From NCBI RefSeq assembly GCF_001194135.2, contig NC_068984.1, positions 120,964,843 to 121,015,836 on the forward strand: a stretch of 50,994 nt of DNA. Reading direction: 5' to 3'. This DNA comes from Octopus bimaculoides. Lineage: Eukaryota. The notes under the pieces are model-generated. The model did no database searches. It was not told where the DNA came from and saw only the letters and a program-made list of their open reading frames with translations. Every line of letters begins with the position of its first letter. Position 1 is the first letter of the stretch. Shown in pieces: positions 24,666 through 38,012 of the stretch. The translations under genes and the position numbers were made by a program.

Positions 24666-25788
24666 AGCACACATAGAAACATATATATATATAACAAACA
24701 CACAAACACACACACACATTTATATACATATACATAGGTATAAAAGAGAGAGAAATCTTACGAGAGGGCTAGTGTGAGCTGATCAAACCGACAGACACTC
24801 AAGCAAACAGGCAGACAGATATGCAAGCAAATATTAAGTAATTCTTCTAATGATGAGTCGATGAGTATCAAGTTGGAGACTATGATAAAGAAAAGCAGTA
24901 TGTAAAGAATAAAGGATGTAGTGTTGAAAATATGGCTGGTGGTTTCCAAATACTAACAAAGATAGTTTGTAGTATCTGTTAAAGAATTCATTGAATCTAA
25001 CTTTTCGAAAGTCTGAAAATAATTACAGAACAGTGGATTTTAGATTTTCTACGAAAATAAAATATAATAAAAATATAAACTCTTGATTTAAAAGTTCGAA
25101 ATTCGATCAAATATTGATTTTCCTTTTTAATAGCAGTAGAATCGGAATGGTTGAATGACTACAGCACTGGATTTTCAATTCATCTTGGCTAACGAAGGGT
25201 GAAAACATTTGCGAATTTTTCTAAGGTTTTTTTTTTTTTTCAGTCCTGGTAAAACGATTCCACTCCCTTAAAAAACAACCACAGATTCCTAAAACCTATG
25301 TTTAAGAAAATATAAACATTTTTTGTACGGACGCGAAATAAGAATCATTTTGGAAGTCAGTAAAACAACGTGTACGCAGTCGCATGTCTTGCTTTGCTAA
25401 AAATACAGTAGGGAAACAGCACTCACGTCACATCCAATCATCTTTTGAAAGGAAGATCACATTGAATAATGGATTTCATCAGAAAAGAACAAGATACATA
25501 GCCTGAAAACGTTTATCAAGTGTCTGTTTCAGTTACTGTGACTTATTAATTTCATTTTTACAGCAAGAGTCTCTTGGAATATTTATACAATACACTTAAT
25601 TCGATACATCATGGTTCACTTAACTGTTTTGAATTGACCTTGGTCATCTGGAAACTTCCTTGTGACAAACTGGCAGGAGAACAGTCATCACTCATCCTGC
25701 CAATTCTCTCGATCCTCTGAAACTAGCCAACCATCCCCTTGGGGATTTAGAGACCATCTATCGTATTTGTTTTTAGTATCAATGGCAA

Positions 25789-25858
<70 letters not shown>

Positions 25859-25883
25859 ATACATACATATATACATACATACA

Positions 25884-25937
<54 letters not shown>

Positions 25938-26361
25938 AAGGTAGATAATAGGTTAATCCTTATAACATAAATAAGCGTTGATGTTTATCTTATAAAAGAC
26001 ATTGGAGTGAAATGATAAATGGTTGTTGACCTAGTTTCTCATCAGAGTTGTTAGACCCAAGACAACTGGTCTATTGCAAACATAAACTGTTCTGTTAGAA
26101 ATATTATATTCGACTGGTCTGGCAAATAGACTGTTTCATTGCAAAAATACATCGATTATAAATATAAGATTAATTAATAGATGTAAGTATTGAATAAATT
26201 AACAGGGTGTCATCTTTTATTGTTCACTTTTCTAATTTTTTCAATTCTTATACGTTTGGATTTAATTGCTGCCTGTTTGCTTGACATATTGCTGCTCTCT
26301 GTCCCTGGTTTTACTCGTAACCGATGAACTGTAGTCTTCTGAACATTGCATACAATATGAT

Positions 26362-26568
26362 CGTTGGCAGAATCGTTAGCACGCCGGGCGAAATGCTTAG
26401 CGACACTTCACCCGTCTTCACGTTCTGAGTACAAATTCTGGCGAGGTCGACTTTGCTTTTAATCTCTTTCAGGATCAATAAAATAAGTACCAGTTGTGTA
26501 CTGAGGTCGATGTAATCGACTTGACCCCCCCCCTCCAAATTTCAAGCCTTGTGCCTTTAGTAGAAAGG

Positions 26569-26610
<42 letters not shown>

Positions 26611-26830
26611 GTTATTAAGGCAGCTTGCAGGCAGAATCGTTAGTGCGCTGGGAAAAATATTTAACAGTATCTCGTCCGTCTTAAAAGCATTCTGAGTTCA
26701 AATTCCACCGAGGTCGACTTTACCTTTTATCCTTTCAGGGTCAATAAATTAAGTACCAGTGAAACACTAGGGGGTCGATGTAATCGACTAGTCTCCTCCC
26801 ATCAAATTTGCTTATAGTAGAAAGGATTAT
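26362..26830 (+). mobile_element. Two tandem SINE family A copies separated by an (ATT)n tail
   Basis: Copies at about 26362-26570 and 26615-26830, same consensus. Confidence 0.8.
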
Positions 26831-27264
26831 TAATGTTAGTATTATTATACCTTTAGTCGATGGCTCATCGGACAACCAGAATAAGGAATCAGCGAATGGC
26901 ATCCTGTCACCAGTACTAAATCGTATCCTTAGATACGATACGTAACTACAGTTGATCCAGTCTATCTGTTTGTAAGTTGTTTGGTCGAAGGGTTAACTAG
27001 CCACTGTACACACAAATGAATGTTTTGTTAGCTTATGTCAGTAATGTTGAATTCTATCTTGAGAATTTATATATTATAGTTGTAACGAATCATTAAAGAT
27101 GTGTTAAAGAATTTTCTTTGTCTTCTTATCATTTGTATATACATATATATCTGCATCTGTGTATATTGGTGTATATGTAAATATATATATCCATACACAT
27201 GCGTATACACAAATACATGTATATTATTTATAAGTATATGTATGTGTGTGAGTTTTTGTATCTA

Positions 27265-27460
27265 TGTTTGTCCCTCACCACCGCTTGACAGCCGTTGTTG
27301 GTGTGTTTACGTCCCCGTAACTTAGCAGTTCTACAAAAGTGACTGACAGAATAAGTACCAGGTTATACAAAAAATAATAATTACTGGTGTCGATTCGTTC
27401 CACTAAGATTTTTCAGGGAGGTGCCCCAGCAGGACTGCAGTCTAATGACTGAAGCAAGAT
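27265..27460 (+). mobile_element. SINE family C 3' half
   Basis: ccgcttgacagcc...gtgtttacgtccccgtaacttagc...aatgactgaagcaag. Confidence 0.75.
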
Positions 27461-28073
27461 ATACATGCATCGTATATGTATATATATATANNNNNNNNNN
27501 NNNNNNNNNNNNNNNNNNNNNNNNNNNNNNNNNNNNNNNNNNNNNNNNNNNNNNNNNNNNNNNNNNNNNNNNNNNNNNNNNNNNNNNNNNNNNNNNNNNN
27601 NNNNNNNNNNNNNNNNNNNNNNNNNNNNNNNNNNNNNNNNNNNNNNNNNNNNNNNNNNNNNNNNNNNNNNNNNNNNNNNNNNNNNNNNNNNNNNNNNNNN
27701 NNNNNNNNNNNNNNNNNNNNNNNNNNNNNNNNNNNNNNNNNNNNNNNNNNNNNNNNNNNNNNNNNNNNNNNNNNNNNNNNNNNNNNNNNNNNNNNNNNNN
27801 NNNNNNNNNNNNNNNNNNNNNNNNNNNNNNNNNNNNNNNNNNNNNNNNNNNNNNNNNNNNNNNNNNNNNNNNNNNNNNNNNNNNNNNNNNNNNNNNNNNN
27901 NNNNNNNNNNNNNNNNNNNNNNNNNNNNNNNNNNNNNNNNNNNNNNNNNNNNNNNNNNNNNNNNNNNNNNNNNNNNNNNNNNNNNNNNNNNNNNNNNNNN
28001 NNNNNNNNNNNNNNNNNNNNNNNNNNNNNNNNNNNNNNNNNNNTATATATATATATATATATATATAGATATA

Positions 28074-28107
<34 letters not shown>

Positions 28108-28577
28108 CATGTTTTATACACAAACATACACACACACACATATATATACTCGCGTACACATTTACACAAGCCGTATAACAGATATGCATTTTCTAATTAA
28201 AACGTTATAAGTTAGTTATTACGTTCTGCTTAATTACGGCTCCAATAATAACGACTAGTACGGCTTAGCCTTAATCATTAACTTTAATTTAGATTTTTAC
28301 TTTGATATTTTGAATGACGTCAGAGCATTAAGCTATTCAGTTGTAAATATAAGAAGTTTACTGTGAGGCAGTTCTGCTATGAATACCGCAAAACAAATTA
28401 GCTATTGAAAAGACACGCTTTTGGCGACGTTATGAACGAGTACAGGAGGTTTCAGAGTGTTCTCTGCGCTGATTGGATGATTGCATGGCAATTCTATTCT
28501 TCAACTGCAAAGCAATAATGGCACGAATGAAATGTAAGCATCTCAGATCAAAATGCAGGAATCTGTGCATTGCCTTG

Positions 28578-28728
28578 TATAAACTCTTAAATTCTTTCTA
28601 CATCAGTTTGACAAAAAGAAAAGGCATCTCCGCTTCAGTGTGAAACAAAGGGTGATATGTGTACAACATGGAGTTAAGAGTATATTTTAAATGGGATAAA
28701 ATACAGACATGTGATTAGTAAGTTGCAG
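28578..28728 (+). promoter_or_regulatory. Candidate TATA+Inr promoter and non-coding first exon of gene B
   Basis: TATAAA 28578-28583, TCAGTT 28603-28608, strong donor CAG|gtgaga at 28729. Upstream are ATTGG (28472-28476) and TGACGTCA (28315-28322) in non-repetitive sequence. Confidence 0.35.
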
Positions 28729-29484
28729 GTGAGACTCGCAAGACGGATTCTTTAAGCCGTGCTAACCGGTAGAAGACCTAGGGAGTAGATCAAGAACGAG
28801 GTGGTTTGATAAAATCTATCGTAATTAGTCTCGCTTGTGAATCTAACCTGAAAGCCTAATGAGGCTGTTTCTGATAGGACCCTATGAAGGAAGTGAGCGA
28901 GGTTTCTACTCCGTCACGATCCTCCTTAGAATAGCATGCGGAGAAGATGAATGGATGGATGGATGGATGGATGGATGGATGGATGGACGGACAGAAACAG
29001 GAATGAATGGAGGGAGGGGGGAGGGAGGGAGAGAGAGAGGGAAGGACGAAGGGGTGACTTATTCAGCGTATTGATGATGGAGGCAATTTGGTCCCTTAGA
29101 ATGTTTAACATGTTACACTGAATTTTAGCTCTGTGCTTGAGATTCTAATTCAGTTACAAGTGTTTTGAGGTGATGAGGTGCCCTAAAGACATGTAGGAAG
29201 TCAGAAATTTCAAGCATTCCAATATTGTGACGTCTGGAATTTAAGAAGCGGTTATTTATAAAGTACTTGATATACTTGTCTACAATATATTGTGTCTGCT
29301 AAGCCTCACGTTAGCCATCTTCTTGATGACTAAAAGGCATTATTACGCATAATATTCTATAAGCATGAGGCGATGTATTGGCGAGTCGTATGGAAGTTAG
29401 ACTGTGCACAATATGATTAGTATCCTGGTAGTCGTCTCCCAGGGTTCGAATTCAAATGAGAGTCAAATGACATTCTATTTCTTA

Positions 29485-29882
29485 AGGCAGCAAGCCATCA
29501 GAATCAGCAGGAAAAGTGTTTTATGGCATTTCTTCTGGCTTTAGTGCTAAGTTCAAATATCGTCGTGCTCGACTGTCTTTCATCGTCCCGGTGTCGATAA
29601 AATAAGAACTACTTGAGCACTGCGGTTGATGTAATCACTTTACACCTACCGAAAAATTACTGGCCGTGTACCCAAATTTGAAGCTATTATTAGATAATAT
29701 AAATAAGGTGGTGACCTGTCCGAATTTTTACGGTCTGAGTTCAAATTTCACCGAGGTCGACTTTGTTTTTCATCCTTTTGAGATCGATAACAGAATTACC
29801 AGTTGTGCACTGGTGTCAATGTAATCGATTAGTCCCCTGCCTCTTTCAAAATTTCAGGCCTTGTGTCAATGGTCGAAAAGTT
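29485..29882 (+). mobile_element. Two degenerate tandem SINE family A copies
   Basis: gagttcaaatttcaccgaggtcgactttgtttttcatcc core at 29737-29790, plus an older copy upstream. Confidence 0.65.
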
Positions 29883-30277
29883 TATAAGTATAAATAAATT
29901 TGATTTCCATCTTTTGTCTTTAGATCCATCTACCAAATCCTGTTCTTTAAGCTAATCAAAATCAATGCTTTGGCCTACTTTATTTTACGTTTATACCCAT
30001 AACCAATGGGTGTTACATCATTACTGAAATAACATGCTTTAACAACTTTCATTGAGATTAACTGTGTTTAACTGTCAACAGCCCTGTTGATTTAGCAGTT
30101 CTGCATTCACATATTCTTTCCATTCAATTTAGAATTGCAACGCCTTTAGGCGATATTCATTTTATTAATTGATATATGTCGTACCACTAAGTTACGGGCA
30201 TAAAACGAAATGAAATTCTTGAAAATGTTTTATTCTACTTCAATGGATACATAAACACAAATGCGGAGCCACCATTC

Positions 30278-30475
30278 ATACATGCATGCATACATACATA
30301 CATACATACATACGTACGTACGCACGCACGCACGCACGCACGCACGCACGTACATACATACATACATATATACATATATACATACATACATATATACATA
30401 CATACATACATACATACATACATACATACATACATACATACATACATACATACATACATACATGCATACATACAA
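30278..30475. repeat. (TACA)n/(CACG)n tetranucleotide microsatellite
   Basis: Direct reading. Confidence 0.95.
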
Positions 30476-31201
30476 GCATCTTGTCAACCCTAGATTAAAG
30501 TAGAAGAAATTTGCCCAAGTTGACGGGCAGTCTAATCGGACCAATAACAAAATTGGTTTAGAATTATACTTCTTCACGCTGTAATACTTCACTAGACATG
30601 CTTGCATATATCAAAATAACAATTTACGATTTATATTTGCTAACAACCCGAGAGATGAATAAGTAAATGTTGCCGAAGTATCGCATGATAACTTTAAACT
30701 AAATAACTTCTTAAACACATGTTGCGTTTACTAGCAAGAACAATAATGGTTATATGACTTAGTAACAATTAACCTTGATTTAGTTTAATTTGATAGGATT
30801 CTTTTTGACACGACCTGAAAGCAATGGTATAGCTGTCTATAAATAAAGAATTTATTGTAATGTTGTTATACTCTGAAGACCACTAAACAGATTCGCTATT
30901 GAGCAAACGCAAATTCTTTTTACAACGCAATGATTGGTTAACGGTTGTTAATTCTAACTTAATCTTTTTTATCGTCAAAACTGTCTTAACGATACTTCCT
31001 GCATGTGATTTGAGTGCATTCTGAGATCATAGGCTGAGAATTTAGGCAAGGACGATACATTTCTGGGGGCCTACAGTTGCTCTTTGTCTTTCAGCAGTTT
31101 TCATTGGACCAGAAAAATGTAGCATACCAGGATGCTACAAGATCATTTTAAATGATTGGACTTGGTTATATGTCAGTCTTCTGACTATAATTGTTAGATA
31201 G

Positions 31202-31350
31202 GTACATGCATGGTTATGTAGTTAAGAATCTCGCTTTGCAACCACAAGGATTCCGGTTCAATCCCACTGCGTGGCACATTGGATAAATGTCCCTGGGCCA
31301 ACTGATTTGTGAGTGGACTTGTTAGACAGAAACTGAGTGAAAGCCTGTCA
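31202..31350 (+). mobile_element. SINE family C 5' half
   Basis: ttccggttcaatcccactgcgtggcaca...ttgtgagtgga...gacagaaactga, followed by microsatellites. Confidence 0.7.
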
Positions 31351-31757
31351 GTGCGTGTGTGGGGGGTGCGTATGTGAATGTATGTGCGTGTGTGTGTGTG
31401 TGGATGTGTGTATGTGAATGTGCGTGTGTATGTGTGGATGTGTATGTGTGTATGTATGTATGTATGTATGTATGTATGTATGTATGTATGTATGTATTCG
31501 TCTGTGTATAATACATCTGTGTCTGCGTTTCTTTTCTCCATCCCAATGCTTCTTAGAGAATTAGTTGTTGAAAGAAGGCCCAAAAGAGAAATCCAAATTC
31601 TGAGTAAGTATCTCGCTTTATAGTTTCATCGATTACACCAATGACAGGATTTGAGGTCAGATGTTTAAATGTTCTTGACCTTGGTCGTGTTAAGAACCAA
31701 TACCAATCGGTCATGGAACTCTTGTTGGCTATCACATCTAAATATCCCTGGTGCATA

Positions 31758-31891
<134 letters not shown>

Positions 31892-32049
31892 AAGTGTATA
31901 TGTGTGCGTTACGCATTCATATATCTATTAGAGTTGTATTCTTTTTCTGGATGTGACGGGGAAGCGTCTTTTTAGTCACTTAATAACTCACAAAAATAGT
32001 TTCATTTTCTTTTCATTTATTTCCGAACAGTTGTTTTTATATTTTGGCT

Positions 32050-32245
32050 CAGGGCCAGTAATTTTGAAGGGAATGAAGTTAGTGGATTACCATGACTCCA
32101 GTACATGAAAAAGTACTTTATTTTATCGACCCCGCAAAATGGAAAGCAAAGTTGATTTCAGTAGGGTCTGAATTCAACGTAAATAGCTGTAAGGAACGCC
32201 GCTAAGCATCTTTGTGTGATGCGCTAACAGTTCTTCCAGGTTGCC
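32050..32245 (-). mobile_element. Degenerate SINE family A
   Basis: Reverse-complement similarity (ttttatcgacccc...aaagcaaagttgattt...gctaagcat). Confidence 0.6.
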
Positions 32246-32539
32246 GCCCTATTTTTATTTCTTAATAAATCTCTTTTAATAAGTAAAGTTCCGTTGTACT
32301 TCTGCAACCAGGTCACTGAAACAGTTCCTCTGCATCTGTCAGAAATCAGTGGTAATTTTTTATAAGCACCGGTTTTCTTTTTCGTTCTCTTATTTATTTT
32401 TACCCTTCTGTTTTCTTTTCTTTCGTTCATTTTATTTTTCCATATATTCGATTTTAATGTATAAAGCAATCCGTTTGCATATTCGTCTGTATTGCGTTTG
32501 TGTATGAATACAACTCTAAAATTTTCTCTCTCTTATTAC

Positions 32540-32975
32540 TCTTTTACTTGTTTCAGTCATTTGACTGTGGCCATGCTAGAGCACCGCCTTTAGTCGAGAA
32601 AATCGACCCCAGGACTTATTCTTTTGTAAGCCTAGTACTTATTCTATCAGTCTTTTTTGCCGAACCGCTAAGTTACNNNNNNNNNNNNNNNNNNNNNNNN
32701 NNNNNNNNNNNNNNNNNNNNNNNNNNNNNNNNNNNNNNNNNNNNNNNNNNNNNNNNNNNNNNNNNNNNNNNNNNNNNNNNNNNNNNNNNNNNNNNNNNNN
32801 NNNNNNNNNNNNNNNNNNNNNNNNNNNNATATACCTAAATACGACGGGCTTCTTTCAGTTTCCGTCTACCAAATCCACATGAAGACACTTGCCCAAGGTG
32901 CCACACAGTGGGACTGAACCCAGAACCATGTGGTTGGTAAGCAAGCTACTTACCACACAGCCACTCCTACGCCTA
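32540..32975 (-). mobile_element. SINE family C spanning an N-gap
   Basis: Both halves match the 1981 copy; the gap 32677-32828 falls at the internal microsatellite. Confidence 0.85.
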
Positions 32976-32976
32976 T

Positions 32977-33011
<35 letters not shown>

Positions 33012-33766
33012 CTATAATATCGTACGTACAGTATGGTATTTTGGGCAAAGTCATTTACTAAAGCATCGAGTCGACCCGTATCCAGTGAGTGAAAGCGGGT
33101 TGACGGAAAGCTGGTAGAAGCACAATCAGACAAGAATTACATTAAATGTACATATTTCTGTCTGAGAGATATATTAAAAGTACAGGTTAAAGCAGGGGTC
33201 CTCACTCATTTCTTTTATCTATGGACTCCTTCAATTATTATTTTATTCTGGTGTTTCGATGTTTAAAAACTAGTTTAAAAGAAACTTCTTTCAAAATTCC
33301 TATTTTGTTTCTCACACATCAACTTGCATAGGTTGAACTATGTAAAACGTAAGAGAAAGAAACCTAACTGTTTCTTGCAATGCATACCAATACATACATC
33401 TAAAGCAAAACTTTTCCTGGGGTTCTTAAAATGCTACTGTGAATTCCTAATTTACTGTTTTGTTGCGTGGACCCCCAAATATCTTATGTGGACCTTTAGG
33501 GGCCACATGGACTCCATTTGAGAGTCACTGGGTAAAAGGTACATATGTCAGTCACTTACACGTATGTTCATTCACGAGCAGGTAATGTCGTGGAACGACA
33601 GAGATCCACTACAAACAAAATTATTCCCCTTGACTTATCGTATCGTCATGTTTAATTCTGCCCACCCCGCTTTCTCCTGATTTTGCTCTTTCTGTCTCAT
33701 TCTCTCTCAGTTTCTCTCCCTTTCCAACTACTTTCAACTCTTACTCTTTCAACCTCACTCTGCCTC

Positions 33767-34210
33767 TAAGGCGACGAGCTGGCAGAAACGTTAGCACGCC
33801 GGGCGAAATGCTTAGCGGTATTTCATCTGCCGTTACGTTCTGAGTTCAAATTCCGCCGAGGACGACTTTGCCTTTCATCCTTTCGGGGTCGATAAATTAA
33901 GTACCAGTTACGTACTGGGATCGATCTAATTGATTGGCAAAATTCAGACCTAATCCCTTTGTCTGTCCTTGTTTGTCCCCTCTATGTTTAGCCCCTTGTG
34001 GGCAATAAAGAAATAAGAAACGTTAGCACGCCGGGTGAAATGCTTAGCGGTATTTCATGTCTTTACGTTGAGTGCAAATTCCGCATAGGTCGACTTTGTC
34101 TTTCATCATTTCGGGGGTTGATAAATTAAGTACCAGTTGCATACTAGGGTCGATCTAATCGACTGGCCCCCTCCCCCAAAATTTCGGGCGTTGTGCCTAG
34201 AGTAGAAAAG
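33767..34210 (+). mobile_element. Dimeric SINE family A with 16-bp TSD
   Basis: Two family A units joined by a distinct tail; flanked by aacctcactctgcctc (33751-33766) and aacctcactttccctc (34211-34226), 14/16 identical. Confidence 0.85.
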
Positions 34211-34739
34211 AACCTCACTTTCCCTCAATTTTCTCCTCACTTTTTTCTTCCATGTTTTTCTCCTCATCTTCCTCTGCACGGCCACTTCCCAATACCCGAA
34301 ATTGTTAAAGGAATAAAAGAATATACTTTTCAGATCAGGTATTGATACGAGTTATTGTATCAATAGTTTCAGTGTTGAGTTTTCCGAACGATTAAATTAG
34401 ATTTTCGTTGGTTCTAGTCTCTTATACTCTTACAATCCATATATTTCCGATTATTTATTTTTTTCCAAAGACTTAGTCAGAGGAGGAATAGCTTCTGTCT
34501 GATCTAGTGGGTGGAAAGAAGGAAATTATCCTTACATACCGGATACCAAGCCAAAATTTTAATACTAAAGTGGACTCCCCGCTCCGTGAAAGGCCCACAA
34601 AGACCAGAGAGTAGTATCAAATAGGGCGGAGGGGTTACCAAAAACACAATGTAAAGGGTAGAATGGTGAGAGATGAAGCTTATGATTAGAGGAGTAGAAA
34701 TTATTCTAGAAAGGGATCTACGTTATATGCGTTCAATGA

Positions 34740-34808
34740 TCGCGGCGATGACAACGGCGACGGTAGACGATGAAGACGACGAGGGCGGCATTGATTTTAA
34801 TTAACAAC

Positions 34809-34840
<32 letters not shown>

Positions 34841-35070
34841 CGATGTCGACAACGGCAATGATGATGAGGATGAGGGGAGGAGAGGAATGAGGGGAGGAGG
34901 GGAATGAGGGGGACGAGGGGGACGAGGACGAGAAGAAGAAGAAGAAGAAGAATAAGAAGCAGAAGAAGAAGAAAAACGGGGAGTGGGAGGATGATTTTGA
35001 CGATTACAACAGCTGCCGTATTAACATTAAGGGCAGCGGTGGTGACTGCCGATGACGATGACGTTGACGA
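34740..35070. repeat. Mixed GAT/GAC/GAA/GAG trinucleotide low-complexity tract
   Basis: Direct reading; lies about 150 nt upstream of the gene B ATG exon. Confidence 0.85.
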
Positions 35071-35223
35071 TAGGAAATATTTCAAGTGACAGTATCACAA
35101 ATATTTTGATATATCCGCTATCTTTCCGGAAATTTCCAATTATATATAGTGTTAACAATGTTTTGTTTACTACACCTAGCGCCGCTCACTGCCTTGCTCG
35201 TTTCGTCAAAAGCAGAATCTACC

Positions 35224-35256
35224 ATGAGAAATATCGTTATGCTGGCAGCGCTTCTT
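35224..35256 (+). CDS. Gene B first coding exon: MRNIVMLAALL (signal peptide, N part)
   Basis: accATG context, hydrophobic codons, consensus phase-0 donor |gtaagt at 35257. Possible acceptor cctag| at 35179. Confidence 0.78.
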
Positions 35257-35892
35257 GTAAGTAATTCAATTCCTTGTAACATTTATATCATCTATTAAGC
35301 AGTTCGTTTCTTCTTGTCTTTGCATTTTCTTTTGATAAATGATATCGTCGTCATTGTTGTTGTTGTTTAACTCTTAATCCATTCTTGATTGAGCTGGCTT
35401 ATGATTAATGGGGTTCGTGCCGTGAGCATCTCGTCTTTTGTACATCTAGCCACTAGCGTAACTAGCGTGTGTACCGACCGAGGCGGCTCTTCAGTCCCGT
35501 CCCCCTCCCCACTAAAATACATATTGCCTACAGCATACCGAAAAGGGTGCCGACCCTATAAAAGTGCCTGCCGGGGCGAACTGTCTCCTCCGCCCCCCCC
35601 CTTTGTTATATGCTTTGTTTTCTTATTATAGTCCTTATTACTGCCACAACACGTTTTCATTATTGAGTTTGAATTTATAATTTTGAATCTGTAACGTCAG
35701 ATCGAGACAAACCAAAAATGGAATTAATTTCAATACTCGAACTAGTTGGGCGTCATATTATTCTGAGTTGGAAAGATTGTTGGTTTGGTTCTGCATTTCA
35801 TCCATCTAGCTGTAAATAAAGCAAGCACAACAAATGATCAGACTTATATCCAATGACTATGTTCTTCTTTTCATTAATAATACTTTTCTTGA

Positions 35893-36168
35893 AGTGGAGG
35901 CGCAATGACCCATTGGTTAGGGCAGCGAACTCGCGGTCATAGGATCGCGGTTTCGATTCCCAGACCGGGCGTTGTGAGTGTTTATAGAGCGAAAACACCT
36001 AAAGCGCCACGAGGCTCCGGCAGGGGATGGTGGCGAACCCTGCTGTACTCTTTCACCACAACTTTCTCTCACTCTTTCTTCTTGTTTCTGTTGTGTCTGT
36101 AATTCAAAGGGTCAGCCTTGTCATGCTGAATATCCCCGGGAACTAAGTTACGGGTACACGTGTCTGTA
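35893..36168 (+). mobile_element. SINE family B, 3'-truncated
   Basis: Near-identical to the 5885 copy up to gggtacacgtgtctgt. Confidence 0.88.
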
Positions 36169-37634
36169 CCACTAAACCACTAAGTCATACCCCTCAGTAA
36201 TAATTAATATAATCTTCTTTAAGAGAATGTTTTGATTACTGCGTTAATTGCATTCAGAAATCCTCTCCACCTGGTATCCCAATGCTTTATCGATAGCCTT
36301 GTAGTGAATTAGGAGTAAGTATTTTAACATAAAAGATAAACTCTCGTTGAGCTGCATTCGTGATCTTGTAATAAGTGTCGGCTGTTTCTGTTTCACTTCA
36401 TTGTGAAGCTAACAGCATTTGTAAAGACATGTAGATAATAACATTAAATTTCTCATTTATATCAATTTCCTATACTCTTATCACGAATTGCACTCATCTC
36501 ACACATTTTGAAAATCGCTACCCTTCTTGATAGTTAATTTTCTCTGTAATATATTCATTAACGTCAATATCAATATATTTAGTACTAATTTCAGAAGTTA
36601 TTGAAAGCTTTGCTTTAACTAACCTGTTTATTTACTTAACTGAAGACATTCGTTATAAAGAGAAACCAGACAGAAAACGATTCATAGTTAGTTTAATTCT
36701 TGTCGAAGTTTCAATTAACTCGTAATTTGATTAAATAATTTCAGGAAATGAAATATTTAAATTATGTGTGATAATGAAATATAGTTATTTAGAGGAATGT
36801 TGCAAAGAACATCAAAGGAAAATACTCATTGAGTTACAAAGTTACTGACATTATACGACAGTTTAAGTTCAGATATATGAGAGCAATAGGAAATGTTTCA
36901 CATATCTTTCTCGGTGAATGTTTGACGTAAATATTTCTGATAAACAACAATTTTTTGCTATTATTTTTGAGAAATATGCATTGTTGTCGTTTAGTCCTTG
37001 GTCAGACTCGATCAAGCAGATTTATAATCTAAAGCGTTCCAATGGCTATCGATTCGTCTCTTTAAAGATATTTAGGGCAACAATGTTTTGATGTGCATTT
37101 CCTTGAGTTGCTATTTACGAGAGACTTAGCTGCTGTTTCTAGCGTGCGTATCAAACGATCAAGTACAGGATATTTTGTTGTATAGATCATAAAAGGTTTC
37201 TGTAACTGTCTCTTAGACAATAGCATTTGCTTTCTATATTTCAATGTCTATAGGAAGTTTATGTATATTTACTACAACATGAGTATGTTCTTGTTTTAAC
37301 ATGTCGAACATGTCGTAGGATTGTAATACAAATTCATCGAAGAAAATGATTTAACAATTTATAAATGCATTTAGACATATAACAGCTTTATTATTTTCCA
37401 ACTGATTCACCCCGACAGAAGTACACATAGAAAACAGAAACTGCTGGAGGTTAAAAAAATAGGTTTTAATGATGGTTACTAGCAAAATAAAAGCAAAATG
37501 TATAACAATACTGAAACATCGTATCTATTGATACCATGTCTCTTTTAATGTGCATTAACTATTGTTTAATATAAAAAAGTCACTGTATAAAAACATTGGT
37601 AGAGAGTCGAGTTGAATTCTTTGTACTATTTAGT

Positions 37635-38012
37635 TGTGGAGGCACAGTGGCCCAGTGGTTAAGGCAGCGGACTCGCGGTCATAGGATCGCGGTTTCGATT
37701 CCCAGACCGGGCGTTGTGAGTGTTTACAGAGCGAAAACACCTAAAGCTCCACGGGGATGGTGGCGAACCCTGTTGTACTCTTTCACCACAACTTTCTCTC
37801 ACTCTTACTTCCTGTTTCTGTTGTGCCTGTAATTGAAAGGGTCAGCCTTGTCACACTGTGTCACGCTGAATATCCCCGAGAACTACGTTAAGGGTACACG
37901 TGTCTGTGGAGTGCTCAGCCGCTTGCACGTTAATTTCACGAGCAGGCTGTTCCGTTGATCGAATCGACTGGAACCCTCGACGTCGTAAGCGACGGAGTGC
38001 CAACAACAACAG
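37635..38012 (+). mobile_element. SINE family B, full length
   Basis: Near-identical to the 5885 copy, with a (CAA)n tail and possible 10-bp TSD ctattta(g/a)tt. Confidence 0.9.

Noticed and set aside
25244-25248. 5-nt microexon candidates (tcag|TCCTG|gtaaaa; similarly ATCAG near 34334)
   Set aside because: Not frame-compatible with the gene models; likely chance matches in T-rich DNA.
29523-29600. MAFLLALVLSS signal-peptide-like ORF
   Set aside because: It lies within a degenerate family A SINE, has a poor donor, and a far better first exon exists at 35224.
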